A stretch of 34,929 bases of DNA from a virus (Duplodnaviria > Caudoviricetes), in IMG/VR virus record IMGVR_UViG_3300038379_000955, positions 1 to 34,929 of that record; one strand, written 5' to 3'. The notes below the pieces were generated by a model. It was not told the origin of the DNA. It worked only from the letters and a program-made list of their open reading frames with translations, and did no database searches. The position numbers were made by a program, and so were the translations under genes. Below, piece by piece: positions 9,187 to 18,962 of this stretch; the first letter of the stretch is position 1; each line of letters begins with the position of its first letter.

Positions 9187-10050
9187 ATGTCCATCACAAA
9201 TTTTATTCCGACCATTTGGTCGGCGCGACTACTGGCAGCCTTAGATGAGTCACTGGTATACTCCCAGCCAGGCGTCGTTAATCGGGATTATGAGGGCGAT
9301 ATTGGGGCGGTTGGGGATCAGGTGCGCATTAACTCCATCGGTGATCCAACCATTTCCAATTATTCGCGCAACGCGGATATTAACTCGCCAGAGGAACTTA
9401 ACTCGGCGCAGCAGGTTCTGGCAATCGACCAGGGCAAATATTTCAACTTTGCAGTAGATGATGTGGATCAGGTGCAGGCGCGGCCGCTGATAATGGATGA
9501 GGCCATGCGCCGGGCTGGCTTCAAATTGATGCAAACGGCCGATCAGTATGTCGCGGCACTCATGGTCGCTAACGTGCCGTCTGCTAATCAGCTTGGCAGT
9601 GAAGCGAGCCCCAAAACTGATCTAGGGACGGCTGGCAACGCCTACCAGTATTTGGTTGATTTAGGCGTGATGCTGGATGAAAACGTTACGCCGCAGGCCG
9701 GACGCTGGGCCATTGTTCCGCCCTGGTTTCATGGGCTGTTATTGAAAGATAGCCGCTTTGTTGCGGCGGGGACACCGACTACGGACGCGGTATTGCGCAA
9801 TGGTATGATTGGGGAAGCGGCTGGATTTCGGGTCATGAAAAGCAACAACGTTCCCTACACCACCACCACTACCAAGTTTAAAATCATGGCAGGATATGGT
9901 GGCGCCACCAGTTTCGTGCAGCAAGTATTGAATGTGGAGGCCTACCGCCCACAGCTGCGTTTTAGTGATGCTGTAAAAGGGCTGCATGTGTACGGCGCGA
10001 AAGTGATTCGTCCGAGCAATATCGCTATGCTGGTAGCGAATCGTCCATAA
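9187..10050 (+). CDS. Major capsid protein (HK97 fold)
   Basis: NFIPTIWSARLL, NRDYEG, GD.V.I, F.DAVKGLHVYGAKV.RP motifs; strong RBS AAAGGA. Confidence 0.9.
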   Translation: MSITNFIPTIWSARLLAALDESLVYSQPGVVNRDYEGDIGAVGDQVRINSIGDPTISNYSRNADINSPEELNSAQQVLAIDQGKYFNFAVDDVDQVQARPLIMDEAMRRAGFKLMQTADQYVAALMVANVPSANQLGSEASPKTDLGTAGNAYQYLVDLGVMLDENVTPQAGRWAIVPPWFHGLLLKDSRFVAAGTPTTDAVLRNGMIGEAAGFRVMKSNNVPYTTTTTKFKIMAGYGGATSFVQQVLNVEAYRPQLRFSDAVKGLHVYGAKVIRPSNIAMLVANRP

Positions 10051-10073
10051 AATAAGTAAGGAGCCTGTTAAGT

Positions 10074-10433
10074 ATGGCACGTGTGAATATTCCAATTGCA
10101 ACGCTGGCCGTGAATGGCGGAACGATCTCCACCGGCGGGACGCTTGATCCGACCAATGATGCGGTAATTGCCGCGAAAGGCCGTACCTCGAAATTGTTGA
10201 TTCACGTCAACAACACGGGTGCCGCAGGTACGGTTTCGATTGCGGCCGGCGACAACCCGCCGGCGTTGCGGGCAGGGCTGGGCGCGACCACTATCGCAGT
10301 CGGCGGCACAGCCCAAGTTATGATTTTGATTGAGAGTGCCCGCCATGCTCAATCTGACGGCACGATTGAGCTTGATATCACGGGCTCAATGACTGGGAGC
10401 ATTATGGCTTACGAATTCCCCAACGGGATTTGA
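10074..10433 (+). CDS. Putative head decoration/minor capsid protein
   Basis: Small beta-rich T/G/A protein after capsid with strong RBS (TAAGGAG), before terminator. Confidence 0.55.
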   Translation: MARVNIPIATLAVNGGTISTGGTLDPTNDAVIAAKGRTSKLLIHVNNTGAAGTVSIAAGDNPPALRAGLGATTIAVGGTAQVMILIESARHAQSDGTIELDITGSMTGSIMAYEFPNGI

Positions 10434-10449
10434 CAGCGATGATCATGCT

Positions 10450-10487
10450 GACGCGCCGTTATTGAGGAAGCGGCGCGTCTTTTTTTT
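10450..10487 (+). terminator. Rho-independent terminator
   Basis: GACGCGCCG...CGGCGCGTC stem followed by T8. Confidence 0.8.
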
Positions 10488-10497
10488 GAGGCCAACC

Positions 10498-11661
10498 ATG
10501 AAACTGCATTTTTTTAGCAATGCTCCGCACGCGCCAACGGGCTACGGGGTGATGATGCGCCAGGTACTGCCGCGATTAAAGGCGCGCGGCCATGAGATTA
10601 CGTTAACTGCCTACTATGGCTTGCACGGTGCCCCGCTGACGCTGAACGGCATCACGATTTATCCTGGTAGCCAAGACGCCTTTGGCCAAGATGTGTTTGC
10701 TGCCGATGCCATATTTGTGGGCGCGGATGCTGTGATCAGCAATATGGACGTGTGGGTTATCGCGCCCGAACAAAGCGCGCAGGTACCTTGGTATCCCTGG
10801 CTGCCTATCGACCATGATCCAGTGCCGCCCGCCGTGCTAGAACACCTGCAACCGGCCAAGTTGCCTTTGTCTTATAGCCGTTGGGGGGTGGAAAAATTGC
10901 GCGAAGCGGGGCGAGAAGCGCTCTATGTGCCGGCGGGGGTGGATGTTGAAATTTTTAAGCCCCACGCCCAAAAAGACGCCCGCGAAAAATTGGGGTTGCC
11001 GGCTGAGGCCTTTATCGTGGGCATGAACGGGGCTAATAAGGGCAGTCCAGGGCGGAAATATTTTGATGGGCAAATTCGCGCTTTTGCGGAATTCGAAAAA
11101 CGACATCCTGAGGCTTTTTTATATCTGCACACCGATCCCTACAATGCCATTGGGGAGGATATTCCGCGTCTGCTTGAGCTGGCCGGCGTCAAGAACTACG
11201 CCTTTACGGCAACCTATCAGTATGTACGTGGCCTGATAACGCCCGAGACACTGGCGATGTTGTATAGTGCGTTTGATGTGCTGTTGCACGCCAGCATGAG
11301 TGAGGGTTTTGGGATCGTGATTATCGAGGCCCAGGCTTGTGGTTGCCCTGCGATTGTGACAGATTTTTCGGCCATGCCTGAACTGCTTTATGCCGGCTGG
11401 AAAGTAGGATATGTCGATAAATTTTGGACCGCGCAAGAAAGTTATCAGGTCATCCCCGCTGTCGCTGAAATTCGGGAGGCACTGGAGAAGGCCTATGCTG
11501 AACGCGGCAACCAGGCCTTGCGCGAACAGGCGCGAGTGGCGATGGTGCAGCATTTTGAGGCCGACCAGATGATCGATACTCATTGGAAAGCAGCCCTAAC
11601 ACGCATTGCGGCGGAGATTGCCCATGAAAAACTATCGGAACTAAGCCATGCTGCCACTTAA
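10498..11661 (+). CDS. Glycosyltransferase, GT-B fold (GT4-like)
   Basis: PTGYG N-terminus, GVD...FKP, EGFGIVIIEAQACG.P.I EX7E motif; ATG 10498 with GAGG. Confidence 0.9.
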   Translation: MKLHFFSNAPHAPTGYGVMMRQVLPRLKARGHEITLTAYYGLHGAPLTLNGITIYPGSQDAFGQDVFAADAIFVGADAVISNMDVWVIAPEQSAQVPWYPWLPIDHDPVPPAVLEHLQPAKLPLSYSRWGVEKLREAGREALYVPAGVDVEIFKPHAQKDAREKLGLPAEAFIVGMNGANKGSPGRKYFDGQIRAFAEFEKRHPEAFLYLHTDPYNAIGEDIPRLLELAGVKNYAFTATYQYVRGLITPETLAMLYSAFDVLLHASMSEGFGIVIIEAQACGCPAIVTDFSAMPELLYAGWKVGYVDKFWTAQESYQVIPAVAEIREALEKAYAERGNQALREQARVAMVQHFEADQMIDTHWKAALTRIAAEIAHEKLSELSHAAT

Positions 11662-12754
11662 GTATCCAGTCGGTAGGCCGCAATTGGGCATTGAGGAAGT
11701 GAGCGCCGTGAACGCGGTGGTTCGTTCGGGCCAACTGACGCAGGGCGAAAAAGTTGCCGCGTTCGAAACAGCCTTCGCGTCGTATATTGGCACACGTTAT
11801 GCGGTGGCGGTGAGCAGCGGCACTGCGGCCTTACACCTGGCATTGGTGGCGGCGGGGATTGGGGCCGGCGATGAGGTGATTGTGCCGAATCTGACCTTTA
11901 TCGCTACGGCAAACGCAGTAACCTACACCGGGGCAACGGTGATCCTTGCGGATGTAGACGACAGTTTGTGTCTGGATGCCAATGGCCTGGAAGGGTTGAT
12001 CACGCCCCGGACGAAAGCCATTATCCCAGTGCATTTATATGGCAATTTGGCCGATATGCCCGCGCTTAATCAATTGGCCCAAACGCACCATTTACGGGTG
12101 CTGGAGGATGCAGCCGAGGCCCTCGGCGCCGACTTGGGCGGCGTGCGGGTTGGTGGTTGGGGCCAGGCGGGATGTTTTTCGTTTTACGGCAACAAAACGA
12201 TCACCACCGGTGAAGGCGGGATGATCACTACCGATGACAGTTCGTTAGCGGCGCGGCTACGGCTGCTACGTGGCCAGGGAAAAACGCCAGGCCGGGATTA
12301 TTGGCATGAAATACGCGGCTATAATTATCGCTTGACTGAAATTCAGGCCGCATTAGGGCTAGCGCAGCTGAGTAAATTGCACGATGTGCTGGAAGCGCGG
12401 GCGCGTGTCTTTCGATTATACGAGCACGTTTTGAGCGATTTTGAATTTCCCAAGCGGACGCCGGGGCGGCACGGCTGCTGGGCTTTTGTGATGTTGCTGC
12501 CGGCGGCTGTGGATCGGGATGGGGTGCGGCGGTATTTGCTGGAAAAAGGCATTGAAACGCGGCCCGTTTTCCCGCTGCTTTCCGAAATGATTTATCCCAG
12601 TACGCGGCCCTACCCGGTGGCCAAAGCTGCGGCGCGCCGGGGGATCGTGCTGCCGACCTATCCCGATTTGAAAGATCGCGAAGTGATTGAAATTGCGGAA
12701 ACACTAAAAGAGGCGATTCATGCAAGTAGTCATGCTATCGTTATGGCGGAATGA
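11648..12754 (+). CDS. DegT/DnrJ/EryC1/StrS PLP sugar aminotransferase (perosamine synthase-like)
   Basis: SSGTAALHLAL, GDEVIVP..TFIAT, EDAAEALG, FSFYGNKTITTGEGG, GYNYRL. Confidence 0.95.
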   Translation: MLPLKYPVGRPQLGIEEVSAVNAVVRSGQLTQGEKVAAFETAFASYIGTRYAVAVSSGTAALHLALVAAGIGAGDEVIVPNLTFIATANAVTYTGATVILADVDDSLCLDANGLEGLITPRTKAIIPVHLYGNLADMPALNQLAQTHHLRVLEDAAEALGADLGGVRVGGWGQAGCFSFYGNKTITTGEGGMITTDDSSLAARLRLLRGQGKTPGRDYWHEIRGYNYRLTEIQAALGLAQLSKLHDVLEARARVFRLYEHVLSDFEFPKRTPGRHGCWAFVMLLPAAVDRDGVRRYLLEKGIETRPVFPLLSEMIYPSTRPYPVAKAAARRGIVLPTYPDLKDREVIEIAETLKEAIHASSHAIVMAE

Positions 12755-13427
12755 CGCCCAACGCGCCATTAAAAGCCGTCTACAGCACTTGTTGGCCAAG
12801 GGGGCGTCGGCCTATATTTGGGTGACGGGGGATAATGTAGATGATACCGAACACATTCTTAGCACTTCGGCCCACTGCCAAAAAGAAATTATTGTCCTGC
12901 GCAAGGATACACACATCCACAGTTCAGTTCCCGATGATCGTTTGCGCGGCCTCTCCCAAAGCGCCCAAGCCGGGCTGGATTATTTTGTGGATCACTATGC
13001 CCAGGCGGATTATCTGCTCATTCATGAATCGGATTTAATCAGCCCGCCGAACTTAATTGAGCGTATGATAGCATTATCACAGTCGAAAAACGGCGCAGCG
13101 GTAGCCGGCTGGGTGACGCTCCAGCTGGGCAGCGAAAAATTATTTTATGATACGTGGGCTTATCGCAAAGACGGGGTGAAATTCACCAATCATGCGCCTT
13201 TTCATGCCAGCTATGACGCCGAAACGCCGTTTGAAGTTGATAGTGTCGGCAGTTGTGTGTTGTTCCCCGCCCATCCCTTGCGGGATGGATGGCGTTTAAC
13301 GCAAGGGGGCATCGTGGAAATCTGCCAAAAAATGCAAGCGGCGGGGGTGCATATTTGGGTTGATCCGACGCTGGAAATTATTCAGCCGGTGGCGTTATGG
13401 AGTGCGGCCAGCCATGCCAATTTTTGA
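12720..13427 (+). CDS. Putative glycosyltransferase, GT-A-like
   Basis: DYLLIHESD (DxD-like), FYDTWAYR, VDSVGSC; embedded in sugar cassette. Confidence 0.6.
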   Translation: MQVVMLSLWRNDAQRAIKSRLQHLLAKGASAYIWVTGDNVDDTEHILSTSAHCQKEIIVLRKDTHIHSSVPDDRLRGLSQSAQAGLDYFVDHYAQADYLLIHESDLISPPNLIERMIALSQSKNGAAVAGWVTLQLGSEKLFYDTWAYRKDGVKFTNHAPFHASYDAETPFEVDSVGSCVLFPAHPLRDGWRLTQGGIVEICQKMQAAGVHIWVDPTLEIIQPVALWSAASHANF

Positions 13428-13881
13428 GCCTGTATTGATCCTCAAGCCCGAAGTGGTGAAAATTGATCCCCGCGCTCGCGTGGACAGTTTTGTAAAAATC
13501 GAAGGTGGCGAAGGGGTGGACATAGGGGCTTATGTCCACATTAGTTCTTTCTGCCATGTGAATATTGGCGGCGGGAGGGTGATGCTGGCGGCGGGCGCGG
13601 CCTTAGCCAGCGGCGCTAAAATATTAGGCGGATCCAACCAGCCCGCTGGTATCAGTATGAGCGCCGCCGCCCCGGCCGAGCAACAAGTAATCAGCCGTGC
13701 CATCACCCGCTTAGGCGAAAATGCTTTTTTGGGAGTGAATGCCGTGATCATGCCAGGCGTGCAGGTCGGAGCGGGGGCGGTTATTGGCGCGGGCGCGGTG
13801 GTCACCCAAAACGTGCCACCGGGCGAAATCTGGGCGGGGGTGCCAGCCCGAAAAATTGGCATGCGGAGCATAAAACAATGA
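13414..13881 (+). CDS. Hexapeptide-repeat (left-handed beta helix) acyltransferase
   Basis: LGENAFLGVNAVIMPGVQVGAGAVIGAGAVVT..VP...WAGVPAR. Confidence 0.9.
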   Translation: MPIFEPVLILKPEVVKIDPRARVDSFVKIEGGEGVDIGAYVHISSFCHVNIGGGRVMLAAGAALASGAKILGGSNQPAGISMSAAAPAEQQVISRAITRLGENAFLGVNAVIMPGVQVGAGAVIGAGAVVTQNVPPGEIWAGVPARKIGMRSIKQ

Positions 13882-14435
13882 CCGTTCGAGCCGGGATGAC
13901 CCATCTTATCGATGAATTACGGCGGATGATCGACAGCATCGAAAGCGAATATAGCAGCGATTTATTGCAGGATTATCTGGACAGTTATCGCCAACAGCGC
14001 AAGCGAATCACACTTTATCCGCAAAGCGATTATATCGATGGTACGTGGCGCTATACCGAATATCCCTTTCCCGCTTTTGACGAATGGATTGAAAAAAGCG
14101 CCACTGATAGCGGCTGGGCTTTGCGCGATAATAGTGGCGCAAGCGCTCCCAGCCACACGATCAATCACGCAGCGCGACTCATCACGTTTGCCAGCGATAC
14201 CGATGGCGATTTATTTTATCTGGATTATCGAGCCTACGATCTGAATCTAACGGCAGCCAAAATCTGGAAAGAAAAAGCCGCCGCCGTGTTGCAGGCGGAT
14301 TGGGCTAGCGACAATCACGATATTAAGGCCAGCCAAGAATATCGTTTATGTATGAATATGGCAGCCTATTATGAAAGCCGCTCGGCGAGTGGCAGCGCGG
14401 TGATGGAGATATTCCGAGGCGATGTAGGCAGATGA
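13878..14435 (+). CDS. Putative head-tail adaptor
   Basis: Position; LRRMID N-terminus, YDL...AA..W..KAA pattern. Confidence 0.55.
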   Translation: MTVRAGMTHLIDELRRMIDSIESEYSSDLLQDYLDSYRQQRKRITLYPQSDYIDGTWRYTEYPFPAFDEWIEKSATDSGWALRDNSGASAPSHTINHAARLITFASDTDGDLFYLDYRAYDLNLTAAKIWKEKAAAVLQADWASDNHDIKASQEYRLCMNMAAYYESRSASGSAVMEIFRGDVGR

Positions 14436-14794
14436 GGATTAGCGCGACACAACTGGCTAAAATGCGCATCGCAGTGGCGACATTACTGCCTGATACGTGC
14501 GTGATTTATGCGCCCGCTGGAACGCTGAATCCAGCCGGCGGTTATGATCAAACTTTGGCCGCGTTAGGGACAGTCAACTGTCGTCTCGATCCTTTGCGGC
14601 AGCAAAACAACAACGTGGTAGCCCGCGATGAAAAACTATTAGCGAGTTATATGATCACCTTGCCTTATGACGCAGCGCTTATGTTCAATTATCAACTGGT
14701 CGTTAACGGCGATTATTATCAAATCGCCACCTTACACGACGATCATAGCTGGCGCGTTGCGCGGCGGGCTGAGATAGTGAGGACGGATTCATGA
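14432..14794 (+). CDS. Head closure/stopper protein
   Basis: LPDTC.I, CRL, ITLP; position and size. Confidence 0.6.
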   Translation: MRISATQLAKMRIAVATLLPDTCVIYAPAGTLNPAGGYDQTLAALGTVNCRLDPLRQQNNNVVARDEKLLASYMITLPYDAALMFNYQLVVNGDYYQIATLHDDHSWRVARRAEIVRTDS

Positions 14795-15219
14795 GCGAGA
14801 TCAGCATTCAACTGGACACGACAAAATTAGATCACTTGCGGGCTGCTGGAGGTGCGGCCCTGGTACGGGAGGTTCTGGGCACCTTAGCGTTTATGCTACA
14901 GCGCGACGCCCAAACATCCATGCAAGGCCTAAAAAGTGGGCGGCGATATACGATCCCAGACACAAAAATACGTTACACCGCGAGTGCGCCCGGCCAAACG
15001 CCGGCGATAGTGACGGGGCACCTCAAAAATAGCATCCAAGCGGAGCCGGTGGGCACTGGCTTGAAAACTTGGGTCGTGCGCGTCGGAGCGGAATATAGTG
15101 CAGAATTGGAATTTGGGACGATGCGCGTTCGCCCTCGTCCGTTCCTCCGGCCCGCTTTCGAGCGAACGCGCCAGAAGGTAGACGCAGTCGTTAGGCGGGC
15201 ATTTCAGGCGGCATTATGA
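14791..15219 (+). CDS. HK97 gp10-like neck/tail protein
   Basis: SAPG..PA..TG.L..SI, LEFGT...PRPFLRPA. Confidence 0.85.
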   Translation: MSEISIQLDTTKLDHLRAAGGAALVREVLGTLAFMLQRDAQTSMQGLKSGRRYTIPDTKIRYTASAPGQTPAIVTGHLKNSIQAEPVGTGLKTWVVRVGAEYSAELEFGTMRVRPRPFLRPAFERTRQKVDAVVRRAFQAAL

Positions 15220-15626
15220 GTGATTTGGATAATCTGTATATCGGAATAAGGCAGGCATTATTGTCAAGCGCGCCTTTAACAGCGTTGGTTGGCGAACGCA
15301 TTTACAAAAAAGTGCAGCCCGAAACCGACCATAGTTTGCCGTATGTAGCGTTCTATCTTAGCTCAGGTGGCTATGAGAATATTGTAGCGGGCGACTTACT
15401 CAACGTGACCGTTACGGTAGAGGCTTGGGCGTTGACCGACAAGCTTGCTGGCGATGTGTTTGATGCGGCCAGGGCTGCCTTGCATAGTGGAACTTTTGCG
15501 GTCAGCGGCTGGTCTCATTTTTGGTGTCGGGCCGAAAACATTTACGATTTTCCGCCGGAGCTGTTCGGCGGAACGTGGTATTTTCGAACAGGTGCGGATT
15601 TTCGAATCCGTGTAGAAAAAGGATAA
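15216..15626 (+). CDS. Tail terminator (DUF3168-like)
   Basis: L.ALVG.RIY, LPYV; precedes tail tube. Confidence 0.75.
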   Translation: MSDLDNLYIGIRQALLSSAPLTALVGERIYKKVQPETDHSLPYVAFYLSSGGYENIVAGDLLNVTVTVEAWALTDKLAGDVFDAARAALHSGTFAVSGWSHFWCRAENIYDFPPELFGGTWYFRTGADFRIRVEKG

Positions 15627-15632
15627 AAGATC

Positions 15633-16052
15633 ATGGCGAAAATGGCAGGCAACAACCTGTATTTGTCTTTTCAAGGCACGCAAGTGGCCGGTACTGGGCT
15701 GGAACTGTACCAGGAATTTAACTTGGACTACACTATCGATATGGTGGACAGCACCGCGGGGGCGGCAGCCGCCAAAACCTACATCAAAACCGTGAAAGAT
15801 GGGAAAGCCACCCTGAAACTGGTATGGCAGGGCGCTGATGGCACCGCCACCACCAGCAAATTTCGCAATGGGCAAGAAGGAACTTTGTTATGGGGGCCGG
15901 AAGGTACCGCCAGCAACAAGCCCAAAGGCGGCGTATATGCTTTTGTGACTGGCACGAAGCGGACTATCCCCTACGCGGATCTCGTGACCATGGAAATTAA
16001 TTTGCAATTCAGCGGCCCGCTGCTCTTTGATGAGGAGATCGACAAGTGGTGA
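15633..16052 (+). CDS. Major tail tube protein
   Basis: 139-aa beta-rich, WGPEG, .QFSG; strong RBS; position. Confidence 0.75.
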   Translation: MAKMAGNNLYLSFQGTQVAGTGLELYQEFNLDYTIDMVDSTAGAAAAKTYIKTVKDGKATLKLVWQGADGTATTSKFRNGQEGTLLWGPEGTASNKPKGGVYAFVTGTKRTIPYADLVTMEINLQFSGPLLFDEEIDKW

Positions 16053-16318
16053 AATTGGTGGAATCGGCTTGGCACTTTGATTTGACAGCGATCACAGTGA
16101 GCGATTATCGGCGGCTGACCAGCATGAATCTGGCCGACCAACAAGCCTATGCCGAAGGGGTAAAAGTGTTGTGTCGGATCGTAACGGCCACGCCGCTGCT
16201 AGGCGATTTCAGCCAGGCGGACTTTTACGACAATTTAGACGTTTATCGCGATTGGATTCCCATGCAACGGGCGCTTTTTCAAGCCATGACTGAAGCAGTA
16301 AAAAACTTGGCCGGCTGA
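16046..16318 (+). CDS. Tail assembly chaperone (gpG-like)
   Basis: Between tail tube and tape measure, ends with slippery heptamer. Confidence 0.75.
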   Translation: MVKLVESAWHFDLTAITVSDYRRLTSMNLADQQAYAEGVKVLCRIVTATPLLGDFSQADFYDNLDVYRDWIPMQRALFQAMTEAVKNLAG

Positions 16319-16515
16319 TCTATTTAGCCAACTGGACTGGTATGGATCAGCCCATTCACGATCCAGAATTATATTGGCGGTACGTGCAGCAGCGCTTGGG
16401 CCGCGAGTTTGGCGTGCCGCCACACACCATTGATGACTGGCCTGCTTTGCAGATGCTGGACGCTTTAGAGTATAGCAACGCGGAAAAAAAAGCACTGGAA
16501 GATAAACGCAAATAG
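16300..16515 (+). CDS. Tail assembly chaperone -1 frameshift extension (gpT-like)
   Basis: A-AAA-AAC at 16300-16306; -1 frame open to TAG 16513-16515 (LGRLIYLANW...LGREFGVPPH...KRK). Confidence 0.75.
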   Translation, partial: KKLGRLIYLANWTGMDQPIHDPELYWRYVQQRLGREFGVPPHTIDDWPALQMLDALEYSNAEKKALEDKRK

Positions 16516-16520
16516 GATGA

Positions 16521-18962
16521 ATGATGGCAACTGTAGCTGAGCTAATGGCCGTGATTAGCGCGGATACCCACGATTTTGACGCTGGGTTGGATCGTATGTC
16601 TGAGGGCTTACGATCCGTAAACGATCAATTATATGATTTTGGCAGTGCCGCCATGCAGTTATCCGCGCCGCTAGTTGGCGCATTCAGCCTGGCCTACAAT
16701 CAATTTCTGAATTTTGACACGGCCATGACCAATGTGCAGGCCGTGACGGGCCGCACCAATGAAGAAATGGCGGCGCTCCAAGAGACGCTGTTGGGCTTGG
16801 AAAGTGTGTATGGCCCGACGACATTGGCGACCACGTTTTATGACGTGGTCGGCGGCGTGACCGATGTGAATGCCCAAATGCCCGTGTTCGAGGCCGCACT
16901 ACTGACGGCGGAAGCGACAGCCTCAGATTTACAGGCGACGACACAGGCATTGATCGCTTCTATCAATAGCTACGGCATGGAAACTCTAGACGCCAGCGCC
17001 GCCGCCGATATTATGGTGTTGGCGGTTAATCGCGGCGTTGGCACCATGGCCGAACTGGCGGCGGCGCTCCCCGAAGTAGCGGGCCTAGCCGCCAGTTTGG
17101 ATATTGAGTTTGGTGAGTTGGCCGGGGCGTTGGCGTTTATGACCACCAAAGGATTCAGTTTTAGCCAAAGCGGAACACAAGTTCGCGCCGTAATGACGGC
17201 CTTGCTCAATCCCAATGAACGGTTGGCGGAAGCCTTCGAAAATTTAGGCATTGCTTCTGGTCAGGTGCTCCTGGAGCAATACGGTTTGATTGGCGCGATG
17301 GAGTTGTTGGGCCAGAACATCCCGCAAGCGGAAATGGCCGCCATGCTGGGCAGTACCGAGGCGCTCAGCGCTTATCTAGCGCTCAGTACCGAGCAAAGCC
17401 AGACTTTTGTGGCCAACTTTGCTGGCAACATGACCGCTGCCCAAAACGCTATGGCGGCCTTTCTTGAGGAAACTGAGGGGATGGCCGCTGCTCAAGCATA
17501 CATTGATAGTTTAGGCCTGTCACTGGAAAATGTCGCGGAACAAAGTGCCGCGATCCAAAGAGATAGTCCAGGCGCGCAATGGGCATTGGCCAAAGCCGAG
17601 ATTGAGAAATTAGCAATTACTATTGGCGATATTTTAGCGCCATCCATCAGCCAAGCTATGGAAGATGTGCGGCCAATGGTGGCCGTTTTTCGTGAATTTG
17701 CTGAGAATAATCCCCAGTTAGTGAGCACATTGGCGTTGGTATCTTTTGGACTGTTTGGCGTTGGCCTGGCCGCCAGTGGCGCAAGCCTGGCCATTGGCGG
17801 CTTGGGCGCTACGGCGGCGTTGGCCTTGTCGCCGTTGGGCTTGTTGGCGTTGGCGGTGGTTGGATTGGGGCTAGCGTATCAAGCCGATCTGCACGGCTTC
17901 AAAACGAATATAGATGAACTACGTGAGGCGCTGCAAGATGGGGATGTAGCGCGGGCGGTACGGGAACTCGGCGAAGCATTTGGGTCTTTGACCGGGGCGG
18001 GGGCGGAAGCACTGGGCGAAGTATTGGGCATTGATGTGATTGCCGGACTGCAAGCCTGGGAAGAGGCCTGGGATAACTTTGTTTTAATTATTGATCTGGT
18101 GAATGCCAAAATCGATCTGGCACTGGTGAATTTGGCGCTGACGATTGCGGCAGGCCTTAATGAAGTGCTGGCCCCAATCCAAGAACTAGGCCAAAGCGAT
18201 TTTGCTAACGATCTGGGCCTTTCGTTCGATCTGGGACTGATTGATACCGCGTCTTTAGAGCAGCAAAAAGCCGAACTGCTTGCCACCCTAGGGCAAACAG
18301 CCGCGTTAGAAATGGAAGTTGAAGTCACCCTAAATCCTGATTTAACCCAGTTGGATACTGGCGAGTTGGCGTTGCTGATGAATGAAATGGGTGGTCTGGC
18401 GATTGACGTCAGCATTAATCGTGAGACATATGGCGAAGCGCTGATTCAGTTGGAGCATTTGGAAGCCAGCACAGCAGCGCCGTTAGTGTTTGTGATCGGC
18501 GATGAAACTTATGTTGGTTTTCGGGCGGCGCGTGATGCTTTGGATCAAGCGATCCTCAACAGCGATGGCAAAGCTATCAATATCCAAATTTCAACCAACG
18601 CCAGTGCGGTGGAAGATGAAATTGAGCGTTTAATCCAACAGCGAACGATGCGAATCCAGATTGAGGCAGGTTTGAGTGGCGCGTTAGGCTTTGGTGGTGG
18701 CCGTGCGGCAGGCGGGCCAGTAAAGGCCGATCAATGGTATGTGGTTGGGGAGCATGGGCCGGAGATTTTTGCGCCGGGGACAAGCGGAACTGTGATCCCC
18801 GCGCCCGCCGCCGCCCCTGGGTTGGCGGGCAGCGGCCTATCTTTTAACATCCAAACGTTGATTGTCAGCGGCGTACAAAATGTAGGCGAACTTTATGATG
18901 CTTTGGTGGGTGAAGCCCGCGCTCGCGGATCAGGTGGCTTTGTGATGGCTGGAACGCTGTAA
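16521..18962 (+). CDS. Tape measure protein (TP901-like)
   Basis: 813 aa Ala-rich helical, FD.AM.NVQAV, hydrophobic core, RAAGGPV...VGEHGPE.F.P C-terminal motif. Confidence 0.92.
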   Translation: MMATVAELMAVISADTHDFDAGLDRMSEGLRSVNDQLYDFGSAAMQLSAPLVGAFSLAYNQFLNFDTAMTNVQAVTGRTNEEMAALQETLLGLESVYGPTTLATTFYDVVGGVTDVNAQMPVFEAALLTAEATASDLQATTQALIASINSYGMETLDASAAADIMVLAVNRGVGTMAELAAALPEVAGLAASLDIEFGELAGALAFMTTKGFSFSQSGTQVRAVMTALLNPNERLAEAFENLGIASGQVLLEQYGLIGAMELLGQNIPQAEMAAMLGSTEALSAYLALSTEQSQTFVANFAGNMTAAQNAMAAFLEETEGMAAAQAYIDSLGLSLENVAEQSAAIQRDSPGAQWALAKAEIEKLAITIGDILAPSISQAMEDVRPMVAVFREFAENNPQLVSTLALVSFGLFGVGLAASGASLAIGGLGATAALALSPLGLLALAVVGLGLAYQADLHGFKTNIDELREALQDGDVARAVRELGEAFGSLTGAGAEALGEVLGIDVIAGLQAWEEAWDNFVLIIDLVNAKIDLALVNLALTIAAGLNEVLAPIQELGQSDFANDLGLSFDLGLIDTASLEQQKAELLATLGQTAALEMEVEVTLNPDLTQLDTGELALLMNEMGGLAIDVSINRETYGEALIQLEHLEASTAAPLVFVIGDETYVGFRAARDALDQAILNSDGKAINIQISTNASAVEDEIERLIQQRTMRIQIEAGLSGALGFGGGRAAGGPVKADQWYVVGEHGPEIFAPGTSGTVIPAPAAAPGLAGSGLSFNIQTLIVSGVQNVGELYDALVGEARARGSGGFVMAGTL

